A DNA stretch of 64,000 nt from an uncultured cyanobacterium (GTDB taxonomy: Bacteria; Cyanobacteriota; Cyanobacteriia; Cyanobacteriales; CAWUOF01). Below are positions 1 to 9,479 of this stretch, in pieces. The notes below the pieces were generated by a model. The model was not told where the DNA came from and did no database searches. It was given only the letters and a program-made list of their open reading frames with translations. The translations under genes and the position numbers were made by a program. How positions within the stretch are numbered: position 1 is the stretch's first letter; each line of letters starts with the position of its first letter. The DNA is taken from assembly GCA_963744145.1 (NCBI GenBank), contig CAVUSO010000001.1, positions 2,656,001 through 2,720,000 of the forward strand, read 5' to 3'.

Positions 1-531
1 GATTCCCATGAGTCGGTGTTGACCATCTAGCGCAAAAATTGAGACATCCTTCAGTTTTAAAAAACCGACTGTCTCTTGACTATCTAAGCTAGTAAAATCT
101 ATAGCATTTTTCCGCGATCGACCTCTTTTATCCCATTCTGGTGCTTCTGGATCATCTACCCAATCCGGACTAATTACCACTAACACCGCTGGAAATTTAT
201 GGGTTTTTCGCGTGACTAAATACTGAGTTAAAGGTGCTTGACGCGACCAATCGAGAGGACGTTGCTGAATTTCCTCGATCGTTTCGATATCTCTGATTGT
301 GTTTTTAGTTTGTGGATCTAATTTTTCGCGAAACAGTGGTAAATCGGAAGCAAATTTTACCCAACGATCTAACCATTCCAGTGTCACTGACCCAATAAAA
401 GCTTCTGTACTTCCCATTTGGGTTTTCTGAACCAAAAGCAAATCATCTTTTGCTAAATATCGATCTAATAATCCTGTCAGCGCTTGTTTTTCTCTGTTTT
501 TTGGTTCTAGTAGGTCGGTAGGGCTATTCAT
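1..531 (-). CDS. DGQHR-domain protein (DndB-like), runs off the left edge
   Basis: Not in the ORF track. My translation from ATG at 531 is MNSPTDLLEPKNREKQ...IQQRPLDWSRQ...KFPAVLV...FALDGQHRLMGI and stays open to position 1. QR, FP and DGQHR motifs are present. Confidence 0.85.
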   Translation of the reverse strand, partial: MNSPTDLLEPKNREKQALTGLLDRYLAKDDLLLVQKTQMGSTEAFIGSVTLEWLDRWVKFASDLPLFREKLDPQTKNTIRDIETIEEIQQRPLDWSRQAPLTQYLVTRKTHKFPAVLVVISPDWVDDPEAPEWDKRGRSRKNAIDFTSLDSQETVGFLKLKDVSIFALDGQHRLMGI

Positions 532-762
532 GGACAAAGGTTTTAATAAACAATAAATGTTTATTAAATTACCATTTGAAAGTCCTGATGTCAATTTCTA
601 GTAAGCGGTCAAGCAGAAAAATTTTTGGTTAAGATCCAGAAACCGGAAAGCAGATGTCCAAATCTTTATATTCAGGTAGGTTTTGTGAAGTATGTTCTCA
701 TTTTTCTTAGTGTTACCAGTGGTTGGTGTTCAGGATTGAGTTAAAACCAAATCTCGAGAAAT

Positions 763-2520
763 CTACATTTTTTCCAACAAGGGAATTCCCAGTAAAGATA
801 ATCCTAACTTCAAAGTCTGAGCAGTTAAATCACAAAGTAATAATCGGGAAATTCGCTCCTGTGCTTCAGCTTGTAACACTGGACAGCGATCGTAAAACTG
901 ATTAAATTTCTGACTGAGTTCAAACAAATACTGACATAGACGATTTGGAAATAAATCATGAGCGACTTGATGAATAATTTCTGGTAATTGCACCAAATGT
1001 TTAGCTAATGCTAATTCTGTTTCTGCTTCCAGTTTAATTTTTGCATCTGCTCCTAAATGAGCAAAATCAATTTCACCTTTGCGACCAATTCCTTTAATTC
1101 GGACATAAGCATAAAGCAGATAAGGTGCGGTATTACCTTGTAATGCTAGCATTTTATCAAAGTTAAATATATAACTGCTAGTGCGATTTTGACTGAGATC
1201 AGCATATTTAACAGCACTCAATCCTACTACCTGAGCTACATGAGCAATAAATTCTTCAGATTCAGAACGATTTTCACTTTGAAGTCGATTTTCTAAATCA
1301 GTTCGAGCGCGAATAATAGCTTCATCTAATAATTCCTTTAATTTGACTGTTTCCCCCGAACGAGTTTTTAATTTTTTGCCATCTTCTCCTAATACTAATC
1401 CAAACGGAACATGAATAATATCAACTCCTTCAGGAATCCATCCTGCTCGTTGAGCTACTTGGAAAACTTGACTAAAATGATTAGATTGTCCCGCATCTGT
1501 TACATAGATAATTCGCTGGGCACCATCTTGTCCAATGCGATAACGCAATGCGGCTAAATCGGTAGTAGCATAATTATATCCACCATCAGTTTTTTGAATA
1601 ATTAAGGGTAAAGGTTGTCCTTCTTTATTAGTAAATCCTTCTACAAATACACATTTAGCACCATCATCTTCAACCAGCAAACCTTGGTGATTTAGGTCTT
1701 CCACAATACCTGGTAATAAATTATTATAGAAAGATTCCCCTCTTTCCACTAAACTAATATTTAGCAAATCATAAATAACTTGAAATTCCCGTCTGGATTG
1801 GTTACATAATAATTGCCAAGCATGACGAGAATCTGCTGCTCCAGCTTGGAGTTTTACTACTTCTTGTCTAGCTGTTTCTTTAAAAGTTGCGTCTTGATCA
1901 AAACGTTGTTTAGCTTGACGGTAAAAACTAACTAAATCTCCTAAATCTAGAGCATCAGCTGTAGTTAAAGCATCTGGGTATACTTCTCTAAGATAAGCGA
2001 TTAACATCCCAAATTGAGTACCCCAGTCACCCACATGGTTAAGTCTGACTAGATCATGATGTTGAAATTCTAAAATCCGAGCGATACAATCACCAATAAT
2101 GGTAGAACGCAAATGACCAACGTGCATTTCCTTAGCGATGTTAGGACTGGAAAAATCCACCACTATTTTTTGGGGAGTTTTGACGATCGGGACACCAAGA
2201 CGCTCATCTTGGTGGATGTTAATTAGCAGTGTTTCCAGGTATGATGGTTTGAGGGTAAGGTTGATAAAACCTGGTCCAGCAATCTCGATCGGTTCACAGA
2301 TGTCAGTAATGTTTAGCTGTTCGACTAGCTGTTGTGCGATCGCTCGTGGTTTTTGTCCCAGTTTTTTCGCCAGAGACATCGCTATATTAGACTGATAATC
2401 ACCAAATTTCGGATTATTGGTGGGAACTAATAGGGGGTCAGTCCCAGCAACACCCGGACCAAAAGCAGTCACTAAAGCTTGTTCAAATTGAATTTTGAGC
2501 TGTTCTAAGGGAGAATTCAT
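763..2520 (-). CDS. argS: Arginine--tRNA ligase
   Basis: [26 protein letters not shown] (HIGH-like), [15 protein letters not shown] and [11 protein letters not shown] motifs. Likely start MNSPLEQ at 2520. Confidence 0.97.
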   Translation of the reverse strand: MNSPLEQLKIQFEQALVTAFGPGVAGTDPLLVPTNNPKFGDYQSNIAMSLAKKLGQKPRAIAQQLVEQLNITDICEPIEIAGPGFINLTLKPSYLETLLINIHQDERLGVPIVKTPQKIVVDFSSPNIAKEMHVGHLRSTIIGDCIARILEFQHHDLVRLNHVGDWGTQFGMLIAYLREVYPDALTTADALDLGDLVSFYRQAKQRFDQDATFKETARQEVVKLQAGAADSRHAWQLLCNQSRREFQVIYDLLNISLVERGESFYNNLLPGIVEDLNHQGLLVEDDGAKCVFVEGFTNKEGQPLPLIIQKTDGGYNYATTDLAALRYRIGQDGAQRIIYVTDAGQSNHFSQVFQVAQRAGWIPEGVDIIHVPFGLVLGEDGKKLKTRSGETVKLKELLDEAIIRARTDLENRLQSENRSESEEFIAHVAQVVGLSAVKYADLSQNRTSSYIFNFDKMLALQGNTAPYLLYAYVRIKGIGRKGEIDFAHLGADAKIKLEAETELALAKHLVQLPEIIHQVAHDLFPNRLCQYLFELSQKFNQFYDRCPVLQAEAQERISRLLLCDLTAQTLKLGLSLLGIPLLEKM

Positions 2521-2597
2521 AAATAATCTGTCATGCACCAAGAATAAGGGCGCTTGTTTACTATAACAATCTATGGATATAAGTTGACAAAGAAATT

Positions 2598-3626
2598 ATG
2601 AAGCTCCAAGATTTTATCGGCAAAAATTTTAAGTATGACCAAAAAGCGATCGCAGCTAATGATGAGCTTTCACGTCAAATTCAACAAAGACTGATTGACT
2701 TAAATTTGCTAGCACCTCCGGTTGATGGGGTTTTTGGTCCAGTTTCAGCTTTTGCGCTCCAGCAGTTTCAAATTTTGTTAAAGTGTGGAGAAACTGATTA
2801 TTTAGGTGCGCTGACTGCGAAAAAGCTGATCGAAGCTAAACGTAGTGATGTTCCCGCGTTACCAGCGATTGTGAAAACCCTCAGAAATACCTTTTTTAAA
2901 ACCAGACCCCTTGATTCTACCGAACTAACTAATGCTGAAAAACAAGCGATCCCAGGTAATTCCCAGTTTGAACTGATTGCTTATCAGCTCGAACGACAAC
3001 ATATCAGGATTATTCTGCTTAAAGATGCTTTTAATGGGATCAAGGTTTGGTATGCTTATGGTCCCCATGTCACGATTACCCAAAACGGAATTCAGGTTTA
3101 TCCGAAAATTAGACCAAAAACCGTTAAGTTACAAGTTCCCTATCTATCTCAATTGGATAATTATTATAGTCCCACAGGTACTTGTAATGTGACTTCTCTG
3201 GCTATGTGTTTCCTCTATTTAGGAATTCCCCAGAAAGATGATCAAAATGATTTTCCTGATGAGCTTTATCTCTATGCTTTGGATCATAACTTAAGCAGAC
3301 ATGAACCTTTAGATTTAGCTAAGATTGTCACAGCTTATGGTGCTCGTGATAATTTTACTAAAATTGCTACCATTGAAGATGTCCAAAATTGGTTAGCTGG
3401 TGGTAATCCTGCTGTTGTCCACGGCTATTTTACCGCTTATGGTCATGTGATTGTTCTGATTGGTTACGATGAAGATGGCTTTTTTGTTAATGATCCCTAT
3501 GGAGAATGGTTTGCTGATGGATATGATAACAGTTCTAGTGGTGCTGGTCTTCATTATTCCTACAATTTAATTCGTCGTGTTTGTATCCCTGATGGCAATT
3601 TCTGGGTACATTTTATTTCTAAATAG
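2598..3626 (+). CDS. Peptidoglycan-binding domain + C39-like cysteine peptidase
   Basis: N-terminal IQQRLIDL...VDGVFGP...ALQQFQ (PG-binding). C-terminal VPYLSQ...TCNVTS...GHVIVLIGYD...NDPYG (Cys-His-Asp). Confidence 0.8.
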   Translation: MKLQDFIGKNFKYDQKAIAANDELSRQIQQRLIDLNLLAPPVDGVFGPVSAFALQQFQILLKCGETDYLGALTAKKLIEAKRSDVPALPAIVKTLRNTFFKTRPLDSTELTNAEKQAIPGNSQFELIAYQLERQHIRIILLKDAFNGIKVWYAYGPHVTITQNGIQVYPKIRPKTVKLQVPYLSQLDNYYSPTGTCNVTSLAMCFLYLGIPQKDDQNDFPDELYLYALDHNLSRHEPLDLAKIVTAYGARDNFTKIATIEDVQNWLAGGNPAVVHGYFTAYGHVIVLIGYDEDGFFVNDPYGEWFADGYDNSSSGAGLHYSYNLIRRVCIPDGNFWVHFISK

Positions 3627-3692
3627 TGGTCGGGGTAGATGACAATCCTGATGGAGTGTAAAATCCCACTATAATTAGGTAGTTTCTCGAAA

Positions 3693-5531
3693 ATGAGCGT
3701 TTTTCTGATTTTGAAAATCAAAATTTCAGCAATGGTTAACAAATGGCTTTTGGAAATTTGGACAAGCAAGTTTTTGCCAAATCATCAGGATTCTATCCCG
3801 CAAGTTTATGATGTGGAAGCGCGATCGCTTTTTTCCCAACCCACCAGGTCGATCGCTAAATCAATCTGGGGGAAAATGAGTAGCGCGATCGCTCTGATTA
3901 TTATTGCTGCTACGGGAATTACCTATGGGCAAATTAGAGATTTTTTTACCTCGATTACTCTAGCACAATTGCGCCAAACTGTCAATGAACGTGCCCAGCA
4001 AGAACAATCAATATTGTTGTTAGTAGAAGAACACCATGCTCTCCTGAAAAAAGAATTACTCCAACGACTAAAAGAACACCCCGATCGCAATGCTCAAAAA
4101 GAACTCCAACAAGAATTTGACCGTTTATTGGTGAAGGAGCGAGATGGGACAATTCGGACGCGCAAAGTAGGATTTGATCTGCAACAACAAGCAGGTGTAT
4201 ATATTAGTAATCGGGTGAAATTAACTGCTGAAATAGTCCAGCGAGTGTTAATATTTAATGATTTAGCTAGTCATCATGGTTCAGCTTGGAGTCAGAATTT
4301 TCAGAATCTATATTTTACTGCTCCAGAAAATATTATGGTTAGTTATTGGTCAGCATTTCCCTGGACTGAAAATATCAGCAATAGTACAAATATCTTTAAT
4401 CAAGAATATGTTCATTTTGGTGAAAAAAAGAATAATTCCCAGCGTCAAACAGTTTGGACGAGACCCTATGACAATGAGTTAGTCAAGGAATTAATGATTT
4501 CTTGTGTGACTCCAGTTGATTTTAATGGTAAGCATATTGCTAATATTACGACGGACTTATTTTTAGATGATCTGCTGAAGCGATCGCTAAAAAAGAATCT
4601 ACCCAAAACCTATAATATAATCTTTCGCAGTGATGGTGATTTAATCATTCACCCAGATTTTATGAATCAGCTCCAGAAGAAAAAAGGGAAATTAAATATT
4701 AATCAAATCCATGATCCTCAAATCCAGCGGATTTTTCAACTTGTCAAAAATCACCCGACAGGAGAGGTAGTATTAGATAATAAACTAGATGATCAATATC
4801 TAGCTGTCACTAAGATTAACGGTCCAGATTGGTATTTAGTTACAGTCTACCCCAAATCAGTATTGATGCAACCAGTTTGGGAAATATCAAGGTTGGTTTT
4901 GCTATTAGGACTGCTGTCATTGTGTCTAGAAATAATTATCTTATATTGGTTACTTCGTCAACAAATATCTACACCTTTAAATAAATTAATTAAAGTAGCT
5001 GAAATAGTTGCTCTGGGAAAAGATCAGAACAAATTAACACTACCGATCCATCAACATCAAGATGAAATTGGCTGTTTGATATCTTTATTTAAAGCGATCG
5101 CAACACAAGTTCGCGATCGACAGGAGCAGGAAAAAGTAGCAACTTCTTTGAGTGGGATTTCTCCCGAAGTACATGATTATCTCCATCTAATTATCGATAA
5201 TTTAGTCGATGGATTTATGGTAGCGGATATCGATAATAAAATTAAAATGTTTAATCCAGCGATCACCAATTTATTTAAGTTGGATAGTAAAGATTTATTA
5301 GGACAAGATATTGAGAAAGTTTTTGGAAGTCAAGTGGCAAATTTAGTCACTCAAACTAGAACTAATTTAGGACAGTTATTTAAGACCGAGATTCTCTTAG
5401 AGGGAGATCGTATTGGTCAGGTATTAGCCACATCGATGAAAATAAATATTGTTCCTGAAGATCATAATACCATAAAAACCAACTGGATTGCTTCAGTAGT
5501 AATGATCCAAAATAGTAACGGACACTTATGA
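3693..5531 (+). CDS. Membrane sensor with Cache-HAMP-PAS domains and no recognisable output domain
   Basis: Two TM segments flank a Cache-like region (WTRPY...MISCVTPV, WYLVTVYP), followed by HAMP (PLNKL...DEIG) and PAS (IIDNLVDG...FNPA). Ends without an H-box or GGDEF. Start codon uncertain. Confidence 0.7.
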   Translation: MSVFLILKIKISAMVNKWLLEIWTSKFLPNHQDSIPQVYDVEARSLFSQPTRSIAKSIWGKMSSAIALIIIAATGITYGQIRDFFTSITLAQLRQTVNERAQQEQSILLLVEEHHALLKKELLQRLKEHPDRNAQKELQQEFDRLLVKERDGTIRTRKVGFDLQQQAGVYISNRVKLTAEIVQRVLIFNDLASHHGSAWSQNFQNLYFTAPENIMVSYWSAFPWTENISNSTNIFNQEYVHFGEKKNNSQRQTVWTRPYDNELVKELMISCVTPVDFNGKHIANITTDLFLDDLLKRSLKKNLPKTYNIIFRSDGDLIIHPDFMNQLQKKKGKLNINQIHDPQIQRIFQLVKNHPTGEVVLDNKLDDQYLAVTKINGPDWYLVTVYPKSVLMQPVWEISRLVLLLGLLSLCLEIIILYWLLRQQISTPLNKLIKVAEIVALGKDQNKLTLPIHQHQDEIGCLISLFKAIATQVRDRQEQEKVATSLSGISPEVHDYLHLIIDNLVDGFMVADIDNKIKMFNPAITNLFKLDSKDLLGQDIEKVFGSQVANLVTQTRTNLGQLFKTEILLEGDRIGQVLATSMKINIVPEDHNTIKTNWIASVVMIQNSNGHL

Positions 5532-5926
5532 ATATGATTTTAGGATTTGATCCAGGACGAGATAAATGTGGTTTAGCGGTAATGGGAAGCGATCGTCAAA
5601 TTTATGATCACCAAGTTGTCCCAGCGATCGCAGCTTTGACGGTAATTACATCTTTATGTGCAAAATTTCCTATTTCCTTAATAGTTATGGGTGATCAAAC
5701 TACTGGGAAAGAGTGGAAACAAAAGGTGATGGAAATTTTGCCGACTTTACCGATCGTGATGATTGATGAACGTTATTCCAGTTTAGAAGCTCGCGATCGT
5801 TATTGGCAAATGTATCCTCCAACTGGTTGGTCTGCTTTGATTCCCCAAGAAATGAGGTTACCACCAGGTCCCATTGATGATATCGTAGCAATTGTTTTGA
5901 TTGAAAGATATTTGCAGAAGAGTTAA
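5528..5926 (+). CDS. yqgF: YqgF/RuvX family pre-16S rRNA nuclease
   Basis: ILGFDPGRDKCGLAV, DERYSSLEAR and IDDIVA motifs. Confidence 0.85.
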   Translation: MNMILGFDPGRDKCGLAVMGSDRQIYDHQVVPAIAALTVITSLCAKFPISLIVMGDQTTGKEWKQKVMEILPTLPIVMIDERYSSLEARDRYWQMYPPTGWSALIPQEMRLPPGPIDDIVAIVLIERYLQKS

Positions 5927-5963
5927 AATCTTCTAATTAGTGATCTAAGCTAGAGGAATTTTT

Positions 5964-7193
5964 ATGTCTTTGTCTAATCCCAATCAACCTCGTCTCTTAT
6001 CTTTTGCTCTCGACGATTCTCCTGTTCTCGGTAGACGAGTTTCCTTGTCATTGACCAACGGATTTGGAGTATTGGTTGGTCGAAATGGAGCTGGAAAATC
6101 AGCTATTATCGAAGGGTTGGAAGCTATATCATTAAGTGCTACTGGTAGAACTAACCAGAGAAATCTACCAAAGGATAGCGATAGCATTCCCAAAAAATTA
6201 GATATCGAAATTTTGACACCGACTGGTCGTCAGTTACAATACCATTATGAGCTGATAACTACAACTATATCTGCTGACGATCCAGACATAGATGACTCCA
6301 CAAATGATAGATCAGAAGAGAGCCAATTTTCCTGGAATGACTACTGTCAATACATTGATGGACAGAAAGAAGTTCTATGGACTACTAACACTGGAGTAAC
6401 GACCTTCAATCAGGAAGATGATCCAATTATTCTTGGTCGTATTAGCTCACTTGTACTTGAACGATTGTATCTACCAAAAAACTTACAACAAATAAAGTCA
6501 ACTAATGAAATGCAGTGGGTTTACGCTGTTTTGAAAGGAATTCGTATTCTGGGAAAGGTTCCTGTTCGTAGAACTTCTAGACGTAGACCATCTCAGATCA
6601 GAGTATTCCATAAACGTACTATTATTGGTGTTGATGATATAATAGATAGACTGACTCATAAAATAATTCGTCTAGATCTGGAAGAACTTGATGAACTTAA
6701 AGCAGTTTGTCAACGAATTGGACTTGGAAACGAGATCACTATACAGAAGTTTGTTTTAAGTGGGACATCTGGAGAGAAACTTGAAAGTGAAGATGAAGAA
6801 CATTTCATTTCAGTATTATTAGATGGGGTCAATATCGGGTTGCTCTCTGACGGAACACTTCGGATTTTATCGATTCTGTTAGAAATAATTCCATCATCTT
6901 CTAGTACAACGACAATAATTGAAGAACCTGAAACACAAATTCATCCAGGTCTGCTCTCAAAATTACTAAATGAGATTGAGAGCTATACTTTTGGAGAAAA
7001 TTTAGTTATCTCTACTCATTCGCCACAAGTAGTCTCATGGACTAGTCCAGACAAAATTAATTTAGTTTATCGAAATCATGGACAGATATTTGTGCGGAAA
7101 CTAGGTAAAAACGAAATCCAAAGGGTTGTCGAATATCTTTCAGAAGATGGCAACTTAGGTGAATGGATTTACGGTGGTATAATCGATGAGTAA
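5964..7193 (+). CDS. ABC-type ATPase (AAA_21/AbiEii-like), defence-associated
   Basis: Walker A GRNGAGKS, signature LSDGT, Walker B IIEEPE and H-loop STHSP. Its stop overlaps the start of a decayed partner gene. Confidence 0.85.
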   Translation: MSLSNPNQPRLLSFALDDSPVLGRRVSLSLTNGFGVLVGRNGAGKSAIIEGLEAISLSATGRTNQRNLPKDSDSIPKKLDIEILTPTGRQLQYHYELITTTISADDPDIDDSTNDRSEESQFSWNDYCQYIDGQKEVLWTTNTGVTTFNQEDDPIILGRISSLVLERLYLPKNLQQIKSTNEMQWVYAVLKGIRILGKVPVRRTSRRRPSQIRVFHKRTIIGVDDIIDRLTHKIIRLDLEELDELKAVCQRIGLGNEITIQKFVLSGTSGEKLESEDEEHFISVLLDGVNIGLLSDGTLRILSILLEIIPSSSSTTTIIEEPETQIHPGLLSKLLNEIESYTFGENLVISTHSPQVVSWTSPDKINLVYRNHGQIFVRKLGKNEIQRVVEYLSEDGNLGEWIYGGIIDE

Positions 7194-7582
7194 TTGCGTG
7201 ATTGGCTTGATTGCTGAAGATGATACAGATTGTGATACAACCGAAAGAAAAATTAATAGATTTGTCGATTGGTGCAAATAGGAAACCACGTTATAGCACA
7301 ATCCGGTTCAGTTAAGATTTTACTATATATAGTTGATCTGTTTGTTGCATAAATGGTGGGCAAAGCATTTCGGTAATATTCTTCTTCCCTTCGACTTCGC
7401 TCAGGGCAAGCGTTTTAACCATCATTTATGCGCCGAAATGCTTTGCCCCTACAGTGAACTGAACCCTATTGCGTTATAGTACAAATATGAATGTTGAACT
7501 AGCGGAAAAACTAAATATAGAAATTTGCTCCGATCGCTGTCCTTCATTTAAAAAACTGCGTGATTTTCTTCTATCATTATAG
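7186..7582 (+). pseudogene. Remnant of a DUF4276/TOPRIM-like ATPase partner gene (internal deletion plus MITE insertion)
   Basis: The 5' end encodes MSNCVIGLIAEDDTDCD. After removing 7299-7471 and one TSD copy, another frame reads QPKEKLIDLSIGANRKPRYSTNMNVELAEKLNIEICSDRCPSFKKLRDFLLSL* (TAG 7580-7582). The family call rests on the termini only. Confidence 0.7.
7299..7471. mobile_element. MITE (173 bp) with terminal inverted repeats and a 10-bp TSD
   Basis: Ends are CAATCCGGTTCAGTT and AACTGAACCCTATTG (13/15 IR). Flanks are CGTTATAGCA (7289-7298) and CGTTATAGTA (7472-7481). Internal hairpin GGGCAAAGCATTTCGG...CCGAAATGCTTTGCCC. Confidence 0.8.
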
Positions 7583-7838
7583 AGATATTGATAATTTGTT
7601 TTATTGATAAAATGGCAGAATAAAATTATGTTATTTAAGCTAACTAAAAGGTTTACTGAAAAAGTAATACCAATTTCATAGATTACAATACTTCGGGCAG
7701 TTTTTGGTTGCCAACGGTAGAATAAGGGTTTCATCAACCTATTACTTTTGCTGTGTCAATGAAAAATCAAGGGTTTCAGGCTATGACCTAAAAACGGTTT
7801 GGACTATTGATATCTGACATTCTTTTCAGAAAAGATTA

Positions 7839-7867
7839 TTGACATTCCTCAAAAGGAATATTATCAT
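7839..7867 (+). promoter_or_regulatory. Sigma70-type promoter with an overlapping palindromic operator for the TA-CHAT operon
   Basis: TTGACA (7839-7844), 17 bp, then TATCAT (7862-7867). The spacer contains ATTCCT-caaa-AGGAAT. A second IR, TCTTTTC-a-GAAAAGA, lies just upstream. GAGGT RBS precedes ATG 7883. Confidence 0.7.
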
Positions 7868-7882
7868 TAGAGGTAAGATGTA

Positions 7883-8284
7883 ATGTGGACTTGGGAGTTA
7901 TACCAAAACATCAACGGAGAAGTCCCCAAAGAGCTACTGGCTTTCTTTATTAGAATGATCCCAGAGGATGAACTGCCAATTGCCCCACCGTCACCAGTGC
8001 TGACCCCAGCAGAAACTAAGAGGCTCCAAGTCAATCTCGGATACCTCTGTTCTAAAGGTTTAGCGTCTCTGATGAGCGACATTTTCGAGAAACTGGAGGA
8101 TGACCTGTACGAGTTACGCATGACCAAAAGCGAACATAACCCTAGATTTATCCTAACTCCTGTGACTCCCCAGCGATTTGTAGTGCTGCACGCTTTTATG
8201 AAGAAATACAACGGTGCTATTAAAGATAAAGATAAAGAACCAGCAAGACAAAGACTACGCGAACTTAAGACGCGAGAAAATTAA
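7883..8284 (+). CDS. RelE/HigB-like (Gp49/DUF891-type) toxin
   Basis: LYELR...PRFIL...FVVLHAFMKK...ARQRLREL pattern. Toxin-first order, with TAATG overlap into an HTH gene. Confidence 0.75.
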   Translation: MWTWELYQNINGEVPKELLAFFIRMIPEDELPIAPPSPVLTPAETKRLQVNLGYLCSKGLASLMSDIFEKLEDDLYELRMTKSEHNPRFILTPVTPQRFVVLHAFMKKYNGAIKDKDKEPARQRLRELKTREN

Positions 8285-9030
8285 TGAGCAAGCAGTACAA
8301 CTTTCAAAATTGGCTCCAAACCAAAATAAGTGATGACCCAGAGGTGGTTTTGGCTGAAAAATTAGAGTATCTGCGGCTTTACCTGACTGATACAATGCGG
8401 GAGTTACGGATTAAAGCGGGATTGACTCAAGCACAGTTAGCTGAAAAATTAGAAGTACAACAAGCAGCAGTATCTAAGCTGGAGTCAGCACTTAAAGATC
8501 ATGAGTTAGAGTCGGTCCTAAACTATTTGCATAAATTAGATGCAGATTTACTGGTAGCTGTCAAACAGGGAGATGAACTTTATCAAGTAAGTGACAATTC
8601 TGGGACGGTGCTAGTAGACATACCAATTGAAGTCCAAGAACTAGCAATCTCAAAAGGGATGAGTCTGCGCGATTATGTTCAGACAGCAATCAAGCACTTT
8701 TCACCCAAGAGTAGAACAGTTAGAGAATCAGTGACAGCTTTTTTGGAGAGTAATGACCCAGTTGCTGTACAGGTAAGGGAGAGATTGAAAGCTAAATCCT
8801 CAGAAGAAATTGCGATCGAGTTGGAAAAATGTCTGAGCATTTCCGATGAAGAAGACCGGATTTTCGCTGTTAAAAATGCTTTAGCTGGAGGGATTAGAAT
8901 TCGTGATAATAACCGCGATATTAGTGATAAAAATGATGAAATTGAATTGCTGGATTTAGCTGAGAGTCTGTTGGAAAAATTGACAGATATTTGGGATTAT
9001 ACTGTTGAGTATTTGGGGAATAGCGAGTAA
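8284..9030 (+). CDS. XRE-HTH (HigA-like) antitoxin with a long C-terminal extension
   Basis: MRELRIKAGLTQAQLAEKLEVQQAAVSKLES HTH. The C-terminal 73 aa are homologous to the C-terminus of 9476..10060. Confidence 0.8.
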   Translation: MSKQYNFQNWLQTKISDDPEVVLAEKLEYLRLYLTDTMRELRIKAGLTQAQLAEKLEVQQAAVSKLESALKDHELESVLNYLHKLDADLLVAVKQGDELYQVSDNSGTVLVDIPIEVQELAISKGMSLRDYVQTAIKHFSPKSRTVRESVTAFLESNDPVAVQVRERLKAKSSEEIAIELEKCLSISDEEDRIFAVKNALAGGIRIRDNNRDISDKNDEIELLDLAESLLEKLTDIWDYTVEYLGNSE

Positions 9031-9095
9031 TTTTGAATCTAGGAAACAATCCATAAAAACCTATAAATAAGCAGATTAGGACAGGTAAAATTAAA

Positions 9096-9479
9096 TTGAT
9101 TTTTGATGAAGTTAAGCGAATAGCTGTTGTGCAAGCAATTAGGAGAGTTAGAGAGCAAATTATTTGGAAACAGGGAAAAGCTAATCCTCATCTGGTCAAA
9201 AGAATTCGCTTAGGTCATTTGCCAGAAGATGCTACTATTGAACAATATAATGCCATCATCACTTTTGTAGTTAATAACAATGATTCCAATGTTTATGTAT
9301 ATGTTTTTGGAGAAATGATTTATCCCACAATAGTAGCTAATATGGAAAATAGAATTTGGCTAGTAATGATAGGATTAGATGGGGTTTTAGAAACTTCCTT
9401 TCCTCCCGATGACCCCGAAGGTTATCTAGCTAAATCAGAGTTTATTTATCTAGGTTCAGTTAAGGAGTTAGAAATATGA
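9096..9479 (+). CDS. Hypothetical protein, possible small RNase-type toxin
   Basis: 127-aa ORF (HLVKRIRLGHLP...WLVMIGLDGVLETSFPPDDPEGYL) with ATGA overlap into the next gene. The toxin role is inferred from size and gene order. Confidence 0.5.
   Translation: MIFDEVKRIAVVQAIRRVREQIIWKQGKANPHLVKRIRLGHLPEDATIEQYNAIITFVVNNNDSNVYVYVFGEMIYPTIVANMENRIWLVMIGLDGVLETSFPPDDPEGYLAKSEFIYLGSVKELEI

Noticed and set aside
7474..7737. 87-aa minus-strand ORF
   Set aside because: Antisense to the pseudogene C-terminus and AT-rich intergenic DNA, with no motif.
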